Under the pieces are notes generated by a model. That model ran no database searches. It was not told the DNA's origin and saw nothing but the letters and a program-made list of their open reading frames with translations. Positions 50,808-64,000 of a stretch of 64,000 nucleotides of DNA are shown piece by piece (position 1 is the stretch's first letter; every line of letters begins with the position of its first letter). Origin of the DNA: Octopus bimaculoides (lineage: Eukaryota). The stretch covers positions 89,120,924 to 89,184,923 of the forward strand of contig NC_068990.1 of assembly GCF_001194135.2 (NCBI RefSeq), in the 5' to 3' direction. The translations under genes were made by a program, and so were the position numbers.

Positions 50808-51577
50808 TTAGTGTCCTTTGTGTGAAATCTTTCGTCACACATCCTGTGACCGCTTTAGTGACTCTCTAAGCTGTGTGTCTCCTCCAGGACAGGAGGAAAC
50901 AAGTGTGATGGGGAGTCTCTAAAGAGGTCACAGGCTGAGTAAAGAAAGATTTCGGACAAAGGGCACAAAAATAAGAATAATAAAGTGGAATTGAAGACCA
51001 AGTTCATAGTGTGTGTGTGTGTGTGTGTGTATGTGTGTGTGCGTGTGTGTGTGTGTGGTTAATTGGCAAAAATATGACCATCCCCAAATATAACAATAAA
51101 AAACGTTTTAATTAAAAATAATTAACTAAGTCTATTTGAAAGTTAAACAATTAGTAACTTTATAGGCTAAAGACTAAAAACTCTTCTATAGGTCACTAAA
51201 TTACTAGCAGATAAAAACAAAACCTAAGAGAGGAAAGAAAGAATAGATGTAAAAGAAAAACTATGTTAATCTAAAAATAAAAATAATAAAATACTTATTT
51301 TAAATTAAAAAAGAAGTTCAGCCCTATTTTCTCATCCCAAATGATTTACTGTAGAGAGTTTAGACTAAGCCTTGGGGGGGAAATGATATCATTACTTGGA
51401 ATTGAGACTACAACCAAGATGACTAGTAGAATCAGGAATTCTTTACAAAGTACAAGCAAACATTCCATAGTTTTTCCTTTTTTCTTTTATGTTTATCTTT
51501 TTCTATCTATGACTTTCTTTAGGAGTCTGTAGTATAAAACTCCTAATAACTACTGTCTTATAAAGACAGAACGCAAT

Positions 51578-52495
51578 CTTTTCTACTATAGGCACAGAGC
51601 CTGAAATTTTGGGGGAAAGGGCAAGTCAATTACATCAACCCCAGTACTCAACTGGTACTTAATTTATTGACCCCGAAAGGATGAAAGGCAAAGTTGACCT
51701 CAACAGAATTTGAACTCAGAACGTAGCAGCAGATGAAACACCGCTAAGCATTTCGCCTGGTGTGCTAATGATTCTGCCAGCTTGCTGTCTTAAAGACAGA
51801 CCATAATGAATCAACAATGTCATTAGTAATACTAATGGAGAAATAAAAACTAATAATAACCTTTCAACTATAGGCATAGGGCCTGAAATTTTGTGGGTAG
51901 GGGCTAATTGATCACATCGGCCCCAGTGCTTAACTGGTACTTATTTTGTTGACCCTGAAAGGATGAAAGGCAAAGTCAACCTTAGCAGAATTTGAACTCA
52001 GAATGTAAAGATAGATGTAATGCCACTAACCATTTTTCCTAGCATGCTAACAATTCTGCCAGTTTGTTGCATTAATAATAATGGTTTCATATTTTGGCAC
52101 AAGGCCAGCAATTGCGGGCGGGGGTGGAGTGTTGGGGTAAGTTACTTACATTGACCTCAGTGATCAACTGGTACTTGTTCTATCGGCCTCAAAAAGATGA
52201 ATGGCAAAGTCAACCTTGGTGGACTTTGAACTTTAACTTTACTGGCTAATGATTCTGTCAGCTCACCGCTTTAATAATAATAGTAATAGTGGTTAGGTAC
52301 AAAGCCAGTAATTTTGAGGCAAAGAGGTTAGGTTGATAACAATGACCCCTGTACACTTGACTGGTACTTTATTTCATTGACCACAGAGAAATGAAAAGTA
52401 AAACTGACCCTGGTAAGATTTGAACTGAGAATATTAAGAGCTGGAATAAATGTGACATAACATTTTTTTTTTACACTAATTATTCTGGCAACTTA
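51578..52495 (-). mobile_element. Head-to-tail array of 4 family A SINEs with AAT-rich spacers
   Basis: Four successive ggcac/caagg..aaaattt..aactggtactt..gaaaggatgaaaggcaaagt..gaatttgaactc..attctgccagc units in one orientation. Confidence 0.88.
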
Positions 52496-55400
52496 AAAAA
52501 AAAAAATCTATCGTACAACAGGAGAATCCTTTGGGTGGAAAACAGAAAATAGGTTTATCTGTGACTAAGAAGCTAACGAAAGAGAGAAAAAGAAAGAAAG
52601 AAAAACTGTAGTCATTAGCCAACTTTTTAGAGGTGAGATACAGACTTAAATGGAAGACAGCAAAGTGATGCTGGGTAGAAGAATCTTAGAAAAGATATGA
52701 TGGTAGGTAGAACAGGTGGATAGATTGGGGCATAGAACAGGTGGATAGATTGGGGCAAACAGGAAGGTTTTCAATGGAGAACGAGTAATGTTTGATAAAC
52801 TGCTATGATTAATAAGAGAGAAAAGTAGAGGTTAGAGGGGGGTGAACTGGTAACTAATTAGGTGTGGCAATATGGTGTCTGAGGAGAGGGCTATCAGTGA
52901 ATGAGAAATTGGCAATCAGGTAGATGGTATTCTTATATACAATGAACAGTATAGTGGTGAATTGATAGGTAATTGTTGGCTTCTATCTTTATATAGTAAC
53001 AACAGTAGTTAAGGTTGGTTAAACAGGAGATTTGGAGTAGATGGAGGTGGCTAGTAGATTAATGTGAGGTGGGGATTAGAGAGATTAGTGAGAGGGATGA
53101 AAGTGAGAGGAATGAGAGAGAGAATGTGAAAGAGTATGAGAGAGGTAGATTGAGAGAAACAACTTTCTATTGAACAAAGTATGAAACAGATTCAGTTATC
53201 AAAATTGCATTGTTCCCATGCTGGAGGACAATTAATTATCAATATTTCATTCTATTTTAACTGTAAGTAGATAGCAAGACCTAGAAGAAGGAGATTTACC
53301 TGGTACATAATAGAGAGTCAGGTGGTGGGGTTCCTATATATTTCTCATACCCAACCAAAAAAAACAGCCTCTTTCGATTATTTTATGAAAGTTATCAAAT
53401 ATGTAGCGCTTCATCTATTTTCTTGGCCTTTTACCAGGATCTATCTGTTTTTCTTATCAAACAAATAGATCGTTTCATTCAGTGAAGGGTTAATTGATAA
53501 TATCAATTAACTAGGTTGTCAGATATGTCTGATTTTGGATATTGCATCCATTTTTAGCTTCATATGCCCGAGTAAAATTTTAATGAATCAGAGAGCCAAA
53601 AATTGAATTCTAATTGATTTAAAAACACAACAATAATAATTGTGAGAGATACTTCTGAAAGCAAAAGCTCAGTATAAAATCTATCTTTCTAAAAACTATT
53701 ATTTAGGTTCATGAATTGTATTTAATTATTAATTTTAATTTTGTCTCAAATTAGGAAGTTTGTTACATCCCAATTATAATTATAAACTATTATCTTAATG
53801 TCAGAGAACTTTAGGATAAAAATAAACAATAAAGTCAATTTTGTGGAAAATTTTGTCTAAGTCAAAAGAAAAAGGAAATAGAAAATAATAGATGCATTTA
53901 ATTTTCATTTTAGTTTTTTTTTAATGGTTGTATAGTTAAGAAGTTCATTTCCCAACATGTGGTTTCTGGTTCAGTCTCACTGCATGCCACCTTAAATCTG
54001 TTGATTCAGCAAGACTGAATATTATATCAAATATTGAATCAAATCTTGCAGTTAAAAAAGCCAGGGAAGCTTATTTCATCAGCTGATTAGGTTTCTCATT
54101 GCTTTGTATAAAGTATGTTAGCTTGAGATTAACCATCATATTCAATTATACTTTTCATAAGCATATCTCTAAAATTTGTCAATTTTGCATCTAATATTTT
54201 TCTATAATGAAGAAAGAAAGAAAAAAAAAAAGGCAATTTTATGTTATGCTATTATCTTTACTGAAAACATTTAAATGACGATTTAAGGTCCCAAAAAACT
54301 TTGTAGACAAATGGTATAGCGACAGCAGTGGATTAGCAGAGATAATAATCTAGAACAATCTAACTTAAAGGAAATAGCATTGTCAAAACTTTGAAATTCT
54401 TGAGATAATAAGGTCATGATTGGTCAAACACTGGGTTAAACCATGTCAATTCACAAACCTTTTAAACTTTAAGAATTATCAAAGTTATAGATGAAAACAA
54501 CAAATAAGGAATTGTCATGAGATTAGTTGAGATCCTATTAATCCTATCTTATTAGGATACTTTGGTATTTGAGGGAAGAGATAACAAACAGGGAATTGTC
54601 TTAAGACTAGTAGCATCTCTACAAATCACATTGAAAGACCAGTGTCAATTCAAAGCACAAAATGTCAAACAAAACATTTCAACTATTAATAAAATACATT
54701 AAAGTGAATTGTTATTGTACTCCAGGTCAGCTTTGATTGATTACCGTGAGCAGACAAATACCTACACATCAGAGTGACACATACATACACACAGAACAAT
54801 AAGGACTCTAGTCTTGTGGGATACAAAACAAACCCATATTGCTGGTACCATGATAAAATGCACCCAGTACACCCTACAAAATGATTGGCAAATGAACTAA
54901 AAGCTTAGAATAAAGACAGATCCTTTAGTTTTGACAACCTTTCTAGCACTGGTGCTATGATAAAATACACTCAATACATTTAGCGAAATAGCTGGTGATA
55001 GGAAGGGCATCCAGCCATAGAAACTGAACCAAAAATGTTAGCAAAATATGGTCCTCCAAGTCCACATAAGAAATCTGAAATTGTGATGATTTATTCAGCC
55101 TATACAAGCACAGAAATCACACAGAAAATGATGATGGTGATGATGCTTGATTTTACAAATGAGGGAAAGAGAACTTAATATGTAAAGCAGAGTATATACA
55201 AACCCTTTTACTTCTGTAATAATTTCAGCTAATAAAAGATTACACACACACACACGCTTTCATCGTTTAAGTATCCTAAAGCAGGTGCAATGATGGATTA
55301 AATAGAATCTAAGTTGTATGACTGAGAACTGTTATAAGCCTTGTTCCAAATAACTGTCATTGCATTGTCGACCAACAGCTCCTCGTCATTCTCCACATGG

Positions 55401-55704
55401 TGACAGTAACTGCAATTAGTCAGATGCTTGTCATGGCGATACGTTGTGTGTGCACAATACACATTCTCAAAAGCCTGGTTTAGGATTATGTCTCTTCATT
55501 TTACCCTTCGCTAAAGCAGCATCACCACCATCCAGAGGAAGGAAATCCAAAAGAAGGAGATATGCAGATAAAGATTTGTGGATGACCTTTGTGGACTGTC
55601 AAATGATCCAACATCATCATTAGCTGCAGCAGCAGCAGACAAATAATAACAACAATAATAATAATAATAATAATAACAATAATAATAATAATAATAATAA
55701 TAAT

Positions 55705-56390
55705 GGTTTTAAATTTTGACGCAGGGCCAGCAATTTCAGGAGAGAGGTAAGGTCAATTTCATCAAACCCAGTGCTCAGCTGGTACTTGTTTTAACAATCC
55801 CAAGAGGATGAAAGGCAAAGATGACCTTAGTGGCATTTGAACTCAGAATGTAAAGAGACAAAATGTTACAAAACATTTTGCCTGCCATGCTAACAATTCT
55901 GCCAGTTCTCTGCCTTATATACTAATAATGATAAAGATTTCTAACAGTGGTATGAGGTCGGGTTTTCTGAGGGGAAGATATAAAGTTAATTAAATAAATT
56001 ACCTGTCTATTTGTAACCTGCTTCTTTGTATCTGCCAAACAGATGATTAGTGTCCTTTGCATTGATGAGCACAGATAATGGGGTGAAATTTTAACTCAGA
56101 AAGTAATAAAATATTGTAAGGTCACTAATTAGTCCAGGTAATTGGCACTCTGCAAGTTCTACCTTCCATCATATTAATAATAACAGGTTCTAAATTAGGC
56201 ACAAAGCCAAAAATTCAAAGTGCAGGAAACAGGTGTTTAATCTGACCCCAGTATATGACTGAATAATCTACTGACCCTTGCTGGATGGCAACCAAAGTTG
56301 ACCTCATTGAGATTTGAACTCAAAACAAAGGTATGTGTGTAATTGTTAAACAACATTTTGTTTAGCATTCTACTGCTATATGTGCCATCC
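55705..56390 (-). mobile_element. Family A SINE tandem (2-3 copies) next to an (AAT)n tract at about 55645-55705
   Basis: Same unit structure as the other arrays. Confidence 0.78.
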
Positions 56391-56495
56391 ACCTCCCTAG
56401 CAATAATTTCTAACACAGATAAAGGCTACATATATCCTGATCCATCAATAATAATAAAGCAATGTATGGTGCTTGTCCCTGATATAGTTAACAAT

Positions 56496-56529
<34 letters not shown>

Positions 56530-58806
56530 AAGAGAAAGAGAGAGAGGGAGGGGGGGGGAGAATGGGACTTCATGTTACAGCTATTTTTAGTTTTTTAGTG
56601 AGGCTAGAACATTTCAGAATTTAAATCCAGTCAGGCTAAGTTTCCTTCTCTTTGACTCTTCTGGGTTCAATATATTAAATACAAATAATATACTCAGGGC
56701 TATTTAACGGACTATAGCATAACCCTTTCCGCTAACAAACAGTCTTGCATTGTAGCAAAAATAATAATAATTATTATTATTATTATTATTATGATGATCA
56801 ACATTGTTCAAGACTAGCAAAAGGAAGTGAATGCTTGGCAAGTTATGAAAGCTTAACTGGAGGATCAATCATTTCAGATGATGTTAACTGAAACAGGTAG
56901 CATTCAAGCTGTAAAATCTATCTATAAAACTCTGTGTGTGTGTGTGTGTATGTATGTATGCATGCGTGTTTTTGTGATCAGTATTAGAACCCCATATGTA
57001 CAAGTTTCATGCAGTCAGACTTATCAATCTTTCTGCACTCAGTGAATGGAAAGCAACAATAATGGTTTTAAAGCATTGTTTCTCAAAGTGGGCGCTACTG
57101 CCCTCCTTTTTCTTTCCGTTTACTTGCAGTCACAGTTATGTTTAGAATTATGTCAAAATTGGAACCATTGCTCACTACCATATCGTTTATAAATGATCAG
57201 AGTTATTTATGAATACACCAAGAGATACTTGACTGCAGACTTATCTAACCCATGTCAGAACAAATAAAAACAACAGACATTACAATTATAAAAGAAGTTA
57301 AATGCAAAAATATATATAAAAACAAGGAATTGTACCAAAAAAAAAGAAGAAAAAAAGAAAAGAAAAACATTCTAGTTGGAACTTAGTTTATATTATTTAT
57401 TCTTTGATCCGAAAAAAAGAAACTATTTCCCTCTTTAAAGCTAGACTAAGAGAGACAAGACTGTTAAAGAAAGAGTCTGATTACATCAGCCACTCAATAG
57501 TTGAGATGAAGCCAACTTTGATATAATGATTCACAACAAAAATATTATGATAAGAAACCAATCAATTTTTTTCTTCTTTTCATTTTCTAGCTAGACTAAT
57601 CCCCATTTATAGTAATTTTCCAACCAGTAACTCAACAGATTTGAAACTGAAATCAAAGTAAAATAATATTTATATAAAACCTATTTTATATTTTTATTTT
57701 AAGTTTCTCACTTCACATTCATCCTATCTCTAAACAAATCAAATAAACAATATGAATAAATCAAATCAGAAATAAAATATATCCACTATTACCCACATGC
57801 ACTCGTGGGCACACACAGACACAGACTGTGTAAATTCTACAGAAGAGAAGTTGGGTGACTTCTTATGGCCAATTAAGTTGCTAGCCTGAGCAAGTAACAT
57901 AGTTAATTAAGATACCAGATTAATAGATCAAAGTCTGAACCTAAATGTAAGCTTTAAACTGTGACTAAACATTAACCTAGTCACACTGTCTTTTCTCCTC
58001 CTAATAAATAGTTTTAGCTGTCTATTACAGATACAAGCCAGTCCATTCAGTGATGCATATCAACGAATGGATCGGAGTAGGCTTTTGACTCTTCCTGATA
58101 TTAACAGGGGGAAAAAAAAATCATGTCAGCTCAACTAAGAGAGGGAGATGTCGGTTGAATAAGGAAATAGTGGCAGTACTTCAATTTTATAGCTTTTATT
58201 GAAGTTGTTTGAAGTAAGCTTCCAGTAAACTGTCTTCTGACCTGGTTTTAATAATAACCATTTATTTCACTTTACTTTAGTCACTGATGCTCTTGGGAAC
58301 TGGACACAATCTCATTTCTCTCGTTCATATAAATCTGAAAGATTGCTTTGAACCACTGTGGCAAATTGGAAGAGCTGTTAGAGCACCACACTGATTGCCT
58401 TGCAATGTTTACCCTGGCTCTTTGCATGCTGAGTTCAAATTTCACAGAGGAGGGAATGAATCCAATAAAACAAAACTCAAACCAAAGCTTGAAGTTGATT
58501 TAATAAACTAATCCTCTTGTGTCTGTGTTAGAAAGCATCATTGTTATAATTTTTTGTACAAGACAGATTTTGTCTTTTATCCTACCAAGGTTGGCAATAC
58601 ATCCATGACAGCAGTTGCCAATCAAACAAAAGCTTTGTTTTTAACTAATGTTATCCCATACTTATTGTAGGGTATGTTATCCTATGATTTAAGAAATGTC
58701 GAGTGGTCTCTTCTTTATGTGAAGAGGTAAGAAAACTACACTCATGATTCTGGTGGAGTTGGTGTAGGGTGAAATATCTTTAAAAAATTTGCTTTGGAAT
58801 CTTTAA

Positions 58807-58978
58807 CCCTTTAATATTTAAACTGGCCATATCTGGCCTCTTACACCTACTCTACAATATCATTCTAAATTTAACAGTTACACCATCAAAATCTCAAAGC
58901 TACAAGATAATACAGGATTAATTAAAGATGTGAAAAATTAAACATTACTTTTGACAGAGTAATATGAATGCTAAAGGG
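58807..58978. mobile_element. piggyBac-type MITE
   Basis: TTAA|CCCTTTA...TAAAGGG|TTAA: TTAA duplication at 58803-58806 and 58979-58982 with CCC/GGG termini; no coding capacity. Confidence 0.75.
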
Positions 58979-61258
58979 TTAATATAGGAATATATGAACA
59001 ACATTAAATGAAGTTAAGCATTAAGTAAAATTTCTTTCTCTCTGCTGATCACATCAATCAATATTTTAGTTATTTTAAAAGTGTGATAAAGTAAACTGCC
59101 TGTCTGTCTGTCACCTGCTTCTTTGTATCTCTCAGATGGATGATTAGAATTATTTACATAAAGAAAGAATAAAAACAATAACTTTCTTGCCAGTCTCTCA
59201 GATCATTAGTGATATAATTGAAGTGAAGTAACCAAAATGAAAGGAAGCAAAACTAAGTTACAAACATAACTCACCAAGTGTGCTACATTCTACTCTATTC
59301 TTTATTACCCACTACACAGTCTATCAATTTTTCTTAAAACTTCTCTATTTATATTGTCAATTACACATTGCTCATTGTCACACAATTTGATAAATAAATA
59401 AATGGTATGGTTAATTCCAGTCTTAACTGCATTTACATTATTCTTAGAATAAAACAAGACAACTTTCCATACAGTATAAAAAATAAAAAAGAATTGTAGA
59501 AACAAAGCAATTCATTATAATGAGATTGCAAAAAAACAAACTGTAAACGCATTTTTGCTCTTTGGGCTTGTGCTAAAAATATGCTTGAGCAGAAAGAATT
59601 AGAATTTATTTATCAATTTATCAAACCTGAAGGTGTTCCAACTATGGCCATCCCATTCCATCTTTTTAGTGAAATCACAAGGATTTTTCTCAAAATTTTC
59701 AACCCCTACCATTGATAAGACAAAAGCATTCCTACTTGTTTTTATGGAATGTCTTTTTGTTTCTCCACCTTTCCAAGCATGACCACCCAACTTTTTTTTT
59801 AAATAGATTTTTCACAATAGGAGAAATGAAAGCATTGCAACCTTAACCCTGCCACTCGTGTTCTCGTGCATGGTGGCATCGTTATTCTTCATTAATTATA
59901 TTTATTATGTGAATTGTATTATATTGCAATAATACTGTTTTATCAAATTGTATTGAATTTTATTAATTTTGATTCCTATTGCTCACTAACAAACTGATTC
60001 ATAATCTTTGAGTTAAAATTTGAATATGAAAAAAAAAGGATAGTCATAGAATGCTTTCATTCTTACTAATATGAAAATGTCTCTGAATCCATAAAAAGAT
60101 CTTTAAAAAATTTTTTTTCAGTATGGTAATATTTGAAAAATTTGTAAAATACAAACAACCATCACGGCATGTTAGATGATGATGATGATGATGAACACTT
60201 CAATTAAAAAAAGACAAGATGTTCACAGTTGGAATGCTTTCATTCTTACAAGTGTTTGATAAACTGATAAATAATTTCTACTTCCTTATTGACCTAACCA
60301 ATAAAATTTAGCATGTGAAAAAAAAAAAAAAAAAAAAAAAGTGTGTTTGTGTGTGGGGGGATCAGACTGATTTGTTTTGACTTCGTGAAATTTCTATTTT
60401 GGACCCAAAAGTGAATACAAATAAATGAATGTATAAACACAGAAAACTTTGTATTTAGTGCACACATTTGACATGGTTGTATGGTAATACACTGTTAAGA
60501 CTACTGGACTTTCAATCATCACTTGGGTCTATACTTCAATTGATATTCTATACTGTCTGTATGATTGACTTTACAGGACTGTTATTTCTAAAACCATCTT
60601 TTTTTTTTTCACTGCAGCAAGAAATTTTGACTGCTAGAAGTTCAATTTTGTTTTGCGGTATTGAAATATTCATCATATTGAATTTCATTATAACCAGATT
60701 CATTTAGCATTGATTCATTAGGATTATGACCAGAGATTAAAAAAATTTCATTACACTGAGAAAATTCGTTATATTGGTATTTTCTCTCATGGAATTTCAC
60801 CTGTACATACAGACACCGCATTCAACATTATAGCGTGGTAATATTACCATGTGATTATTTTGTTTCCTATGTGATGAACTGAACTTTTTGATCAATGAAC
60901 TAACTATACAAATATTGATTTAAAATACTGCCTCTTCAAGTTAGATGTAAACAAAAATCATTACATCACATGCTTTAACCTTGATAATACAGTTGTTTCA
61001 TGAAATTTCATGGAATTTCATGAAAAGAACAATAACAAAATATTTATAAATATTCCTTTTCATCAGAGAAAAAGAATTCCTTTACCTCTCTGCATTCTAC
61101 ATTCCAAAACAAAAACAGAATGCAAAGATTTTGAAACAATTGTAGTGAAATACAAGCTTATTGTCTTGCCATCTTGTTTACAAATATAACCAAAACATGC
61201 CCTTAAAATATTTGATTGGTTATATTTGAGCCAACATTTGATTTTGTGGATCATAAAA

Positions 61259-61464
61259 TGAGAGAATGTGCTGAAAAGTTCTAGGCGATGTGCAAGAGAA
61301 GATACATGAGGAAGAGTTAATTATTATTTTATTCAACATATCCCCCCCCCATTGCAGCGGTCCTTCAGTATTTCTAAGCTCTGTAAAAGAACTCAGAAGT
61401 TTGGACGTCCAGCCAGGCCTTTCGCAATACCCTTGAAGCCAGAACTTTTCAGCACCCTCTTGTA
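61259..61464. mobile_element. Mariner-type MITE
   Basis: Inverted termini gtgctgaaaagttctaggc and gccagaacttttcagcac; the right end finishes cctcttgta|ta as expected for a TA-target mariner. Confidence 0.75.
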
Positions 61465-64000
61465 TATGAAGCATAAAACTTGAAATGATCATTCTACAGA
61501 AGGTATTTAAAATCATAAATAGATCTTGAATAGATGGGGGTAAACGGGATCACCAGCATAAAGCTCTTCTACTAACCTGAAGATGTTTCACTGTGTATTT
61601 CAACAGTGCACTCTAAATTCTACATTACTTTATTGCATCCAGCTGTCAAGATTAGGGACAAATTTATATGGAAATACTTGTGAACAAGTGACATCCTACT
61701 TCCAAGAGACAGGGTCATGACCTCAATAAAAGGAAAACTAAGTACCTTGGAGGTACTTAAAGCCATTCACATTAACTACCACTGCAACTGCTGCTAATCC
61801 TACTTTTAGAATTGCTCTGATTTATTCTAATAGCTTCAAAAGACAACTCATACATCCATTACTTCAAGTATACTGATATGAACCTACCATCATGTTAGAA
61901 TAGGCCAGATTTTATCCTCTAACTACCCATGGAGGTCCAATTATATTGTGTAGAATGCTGTTGATTATGTGATTTATAAATCTGTGGGTGAGTGACTGCT
62001 GTACTGGTGGACAAAAGGACAAAGAGGGACTTAGATGAATGACTATGCAGAAATTTCCCCCACCATCTTTAGTGTATCTATTCTAAAGATGGTTTATTGG
62101 TAGAAATCTGATTCTATAAATGTATTTTAATAATTGTATCTTCCAAATTAACTATTTCAAATTCTTAAATATCCTGTTTATTTTTTTGGTTCATTTTATC
62201 CAAGTGCCATGGTTAATATTTTCTAAACAAAAAAATACAATAGCTGTAAGGTTGTGGTGATGAGCTTTCTGAATACACAGATTTGAGATCAAACCTGACT
62301 ACAACCATTGTGTTCATATTTTTTATAGCTCTGGGGAAACACACAATGCTCCAAGTTTCAGTTTAGCTGACAAAACAAGTTCTACTTCATTCACAGTTAA
62401 ATTCACATTAATAGTTGGAAGAGTGACCAGATGTAAAAGCAATTACTTCAACAGAAACCAAACCTAGTCTGGAAAAATACATCAAGAACAAGAAACACAC
62501 CTACTCAATCAAATATAGACACTAAAAATATAATAAATTTAGTTAAAAAAATGTGCCTGTAAATATATTGTTTGCTTTCAATACTTGAATGATCAAACAT
62601 AAGGGCAGGTATCTAACAGAAGACCAGGCTAAATATATTTAGTACACATTTACCAGAAAGACCTGATGTGATAATTTATCTTCTCCACAAACTTATTTCA
62701 CTATTCCAATCACCTCAACTTTTTTTTTTATAAAACCTCATTTCTCTTCCCATTATTTATCCTGAACCTTGTACCTATGTAAGAAACCAATCATCCAAGG
62801 TAGTAAAATTTAATAGTTAAAAATAAGTTTTAATTATCTCACACAAATATGATGAAGTCACTTGTTTGACTCTTCTTAACAAGTGGTATCCATCTATTAC
62901 TAATTAACCCAATTATTTTCTGATGAAGGAAGCAATGAAAGTTGTTATATTCAAGCTGTTTCTCAAGATCATTAACTAGGTCAACAGTTTGTAACAGTAC
63001 CAGTAAACCAATGGTGTCCATCTATAGTGAAGTCTCTAGTTGTTGCTTCAGTCCACTCATCTACAAAGAGGTACCACTTTACAAAGCTTACTACAGTAAG
63101 CAAAGGTAGTAGTGTTTTTTAGCTTGTAGTGTTTAATACAAGAACTCCCAGTGTTCATTCACACTGTAACCAGAATTAACCAATTTTATCACCACAGCAC
63201 CAAAGCAGACTTGGTGTGAAGGAACTAGAAACAGAATGGCTATCATCACCACCTCCACCCCAGCATCTGTTGCAAACCTTAACATTATACTCCAAAGAGC
63301 TTACCATTTTATCAATGTAACTGTTTGTACCAGTACAACTTACCTACTTTTCTCACTACAAAGTTCACCCTGCTCTAGTTTAGATTCTGATATCACTTTT
63401 CAACAAGACAATCCAGATTCAAAAGAAAATTTTGTCTTATGGTTAGACACTTTTCATCAATGATGAACAACTTTACTGCAGCACCAACGAAATAGAATAT
63501 ATAAACCCTAATTAAAAACATACTTCCTTTTTGTTAGTTTGTGTGTTTGTGTATATATACACACCCCACCCCTACATACACACAGAACCTCCCCTATAGA
63601 TCCTTATCTTCCTCTCTTTAAGGATATTTCTTTTTCAAATTAGTTTACATAAGTATCTCGCAAACTGTTTCCATTTAAGTGTTTATTGGTAACTAAATTC
63701 AAATAATTGATTGACAGGTAAAGAAAAAAAAATTAAAAGCATCAGGTGTTTGTTTACACAGCTTATCACAAAAATGAAGAGGTGGTTAATAGATGCAAGA
63801 TATGTCAAGAAGAGAAATATTATGATACTATGTTCTTTTTCCTTGCCATATCGTTTCACGAGACACCCCCACCCCTCCTCACCAATATCTAAAGCAAATA
63901 AGAAAAAATACAATAGACATATGAAAAAAACATTTAAATCTACATGCCTCAGTTCACTTTATTCAGCTTCTGGGAAGATTGAGCTATATATATATATATA

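Noticed and set aside
51578-52495. CRISPR-like look of regularly recurring repeats in the SINE arrays and the 31-bp minisatellite
   Set aside because: Units are about 200-bp diverged tRNA-SINEs or contiguous tandem units with no unique spacers; there are no cas genes and the context is a eukaryotic intron.
55505-55595. Open 91-nt phase 0-1 minus-strand segment (STKVIHK..DGGDAALAK) with AG/GT ends
   Set aside because: No start codon, no STAM similarity, and a weak pyrimidine tract.
59275-59400. Candidate STAM first exon ending at CTTG|gtgagt
   Set aside because: The phase fits, but the frame (WVIKNRVECSTL) has no nearby ATG and no resemblance to the MPLF..PFDxDV start; the acceptor is weak.
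61600-62100. Possible second Tx1-like LINE remnant
   Set aside because: Only a faint resemblance to 23300-23600; I could not recover an ordered set of motifs.

Overview
AT-rich, intron-rich animal DNA full of (TA)n, (CA)n and (AAT)n microsatellites. The SINE and RTE repeat families point to an Octopus genome (inference, not verified). Three protein-coding genes are supported. (1) The 5' part of a minus-strand UQCC1/CBP3-like gene (exons at about 1.7-6.1 kb; the rest runs off the left edge). (2) A plus-strand two-coding-exon ZNF800-like C2H2 zinc-finger gene (11815-14319, 588 aa) with a poly-Asn/poly-Gln tract. (3) A minus-strand STAM gene (ESCRT-0; VHS-UIM-SH3-GAT-P/Q-rich tail), of which I reconstructed 15 phase-consistent exons (29530-49514); its first coding exon was not found in the window. 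Intergenic and intronic DNA holds decayed RTE and Tx1 LINEs, mariner and maT (DD37D) transposase remnants, piggyBac-like and mariner MITEs, three tRNA-derived SINE families and one assembly gap. The best leads are a minimal type I hammerhead ribozyme motif with a core variant upstream of the zinc-finger gene, a frame-preserving 66-nt candidate cassette exon in the STAM GAT domain, a mariner/maT chimera, and head-to-tail SINE arrays spaced by (AAT)n. I found no convincing wholly new multi-gene system. All coordinates were read by hand; repeat boundaries are approximate.
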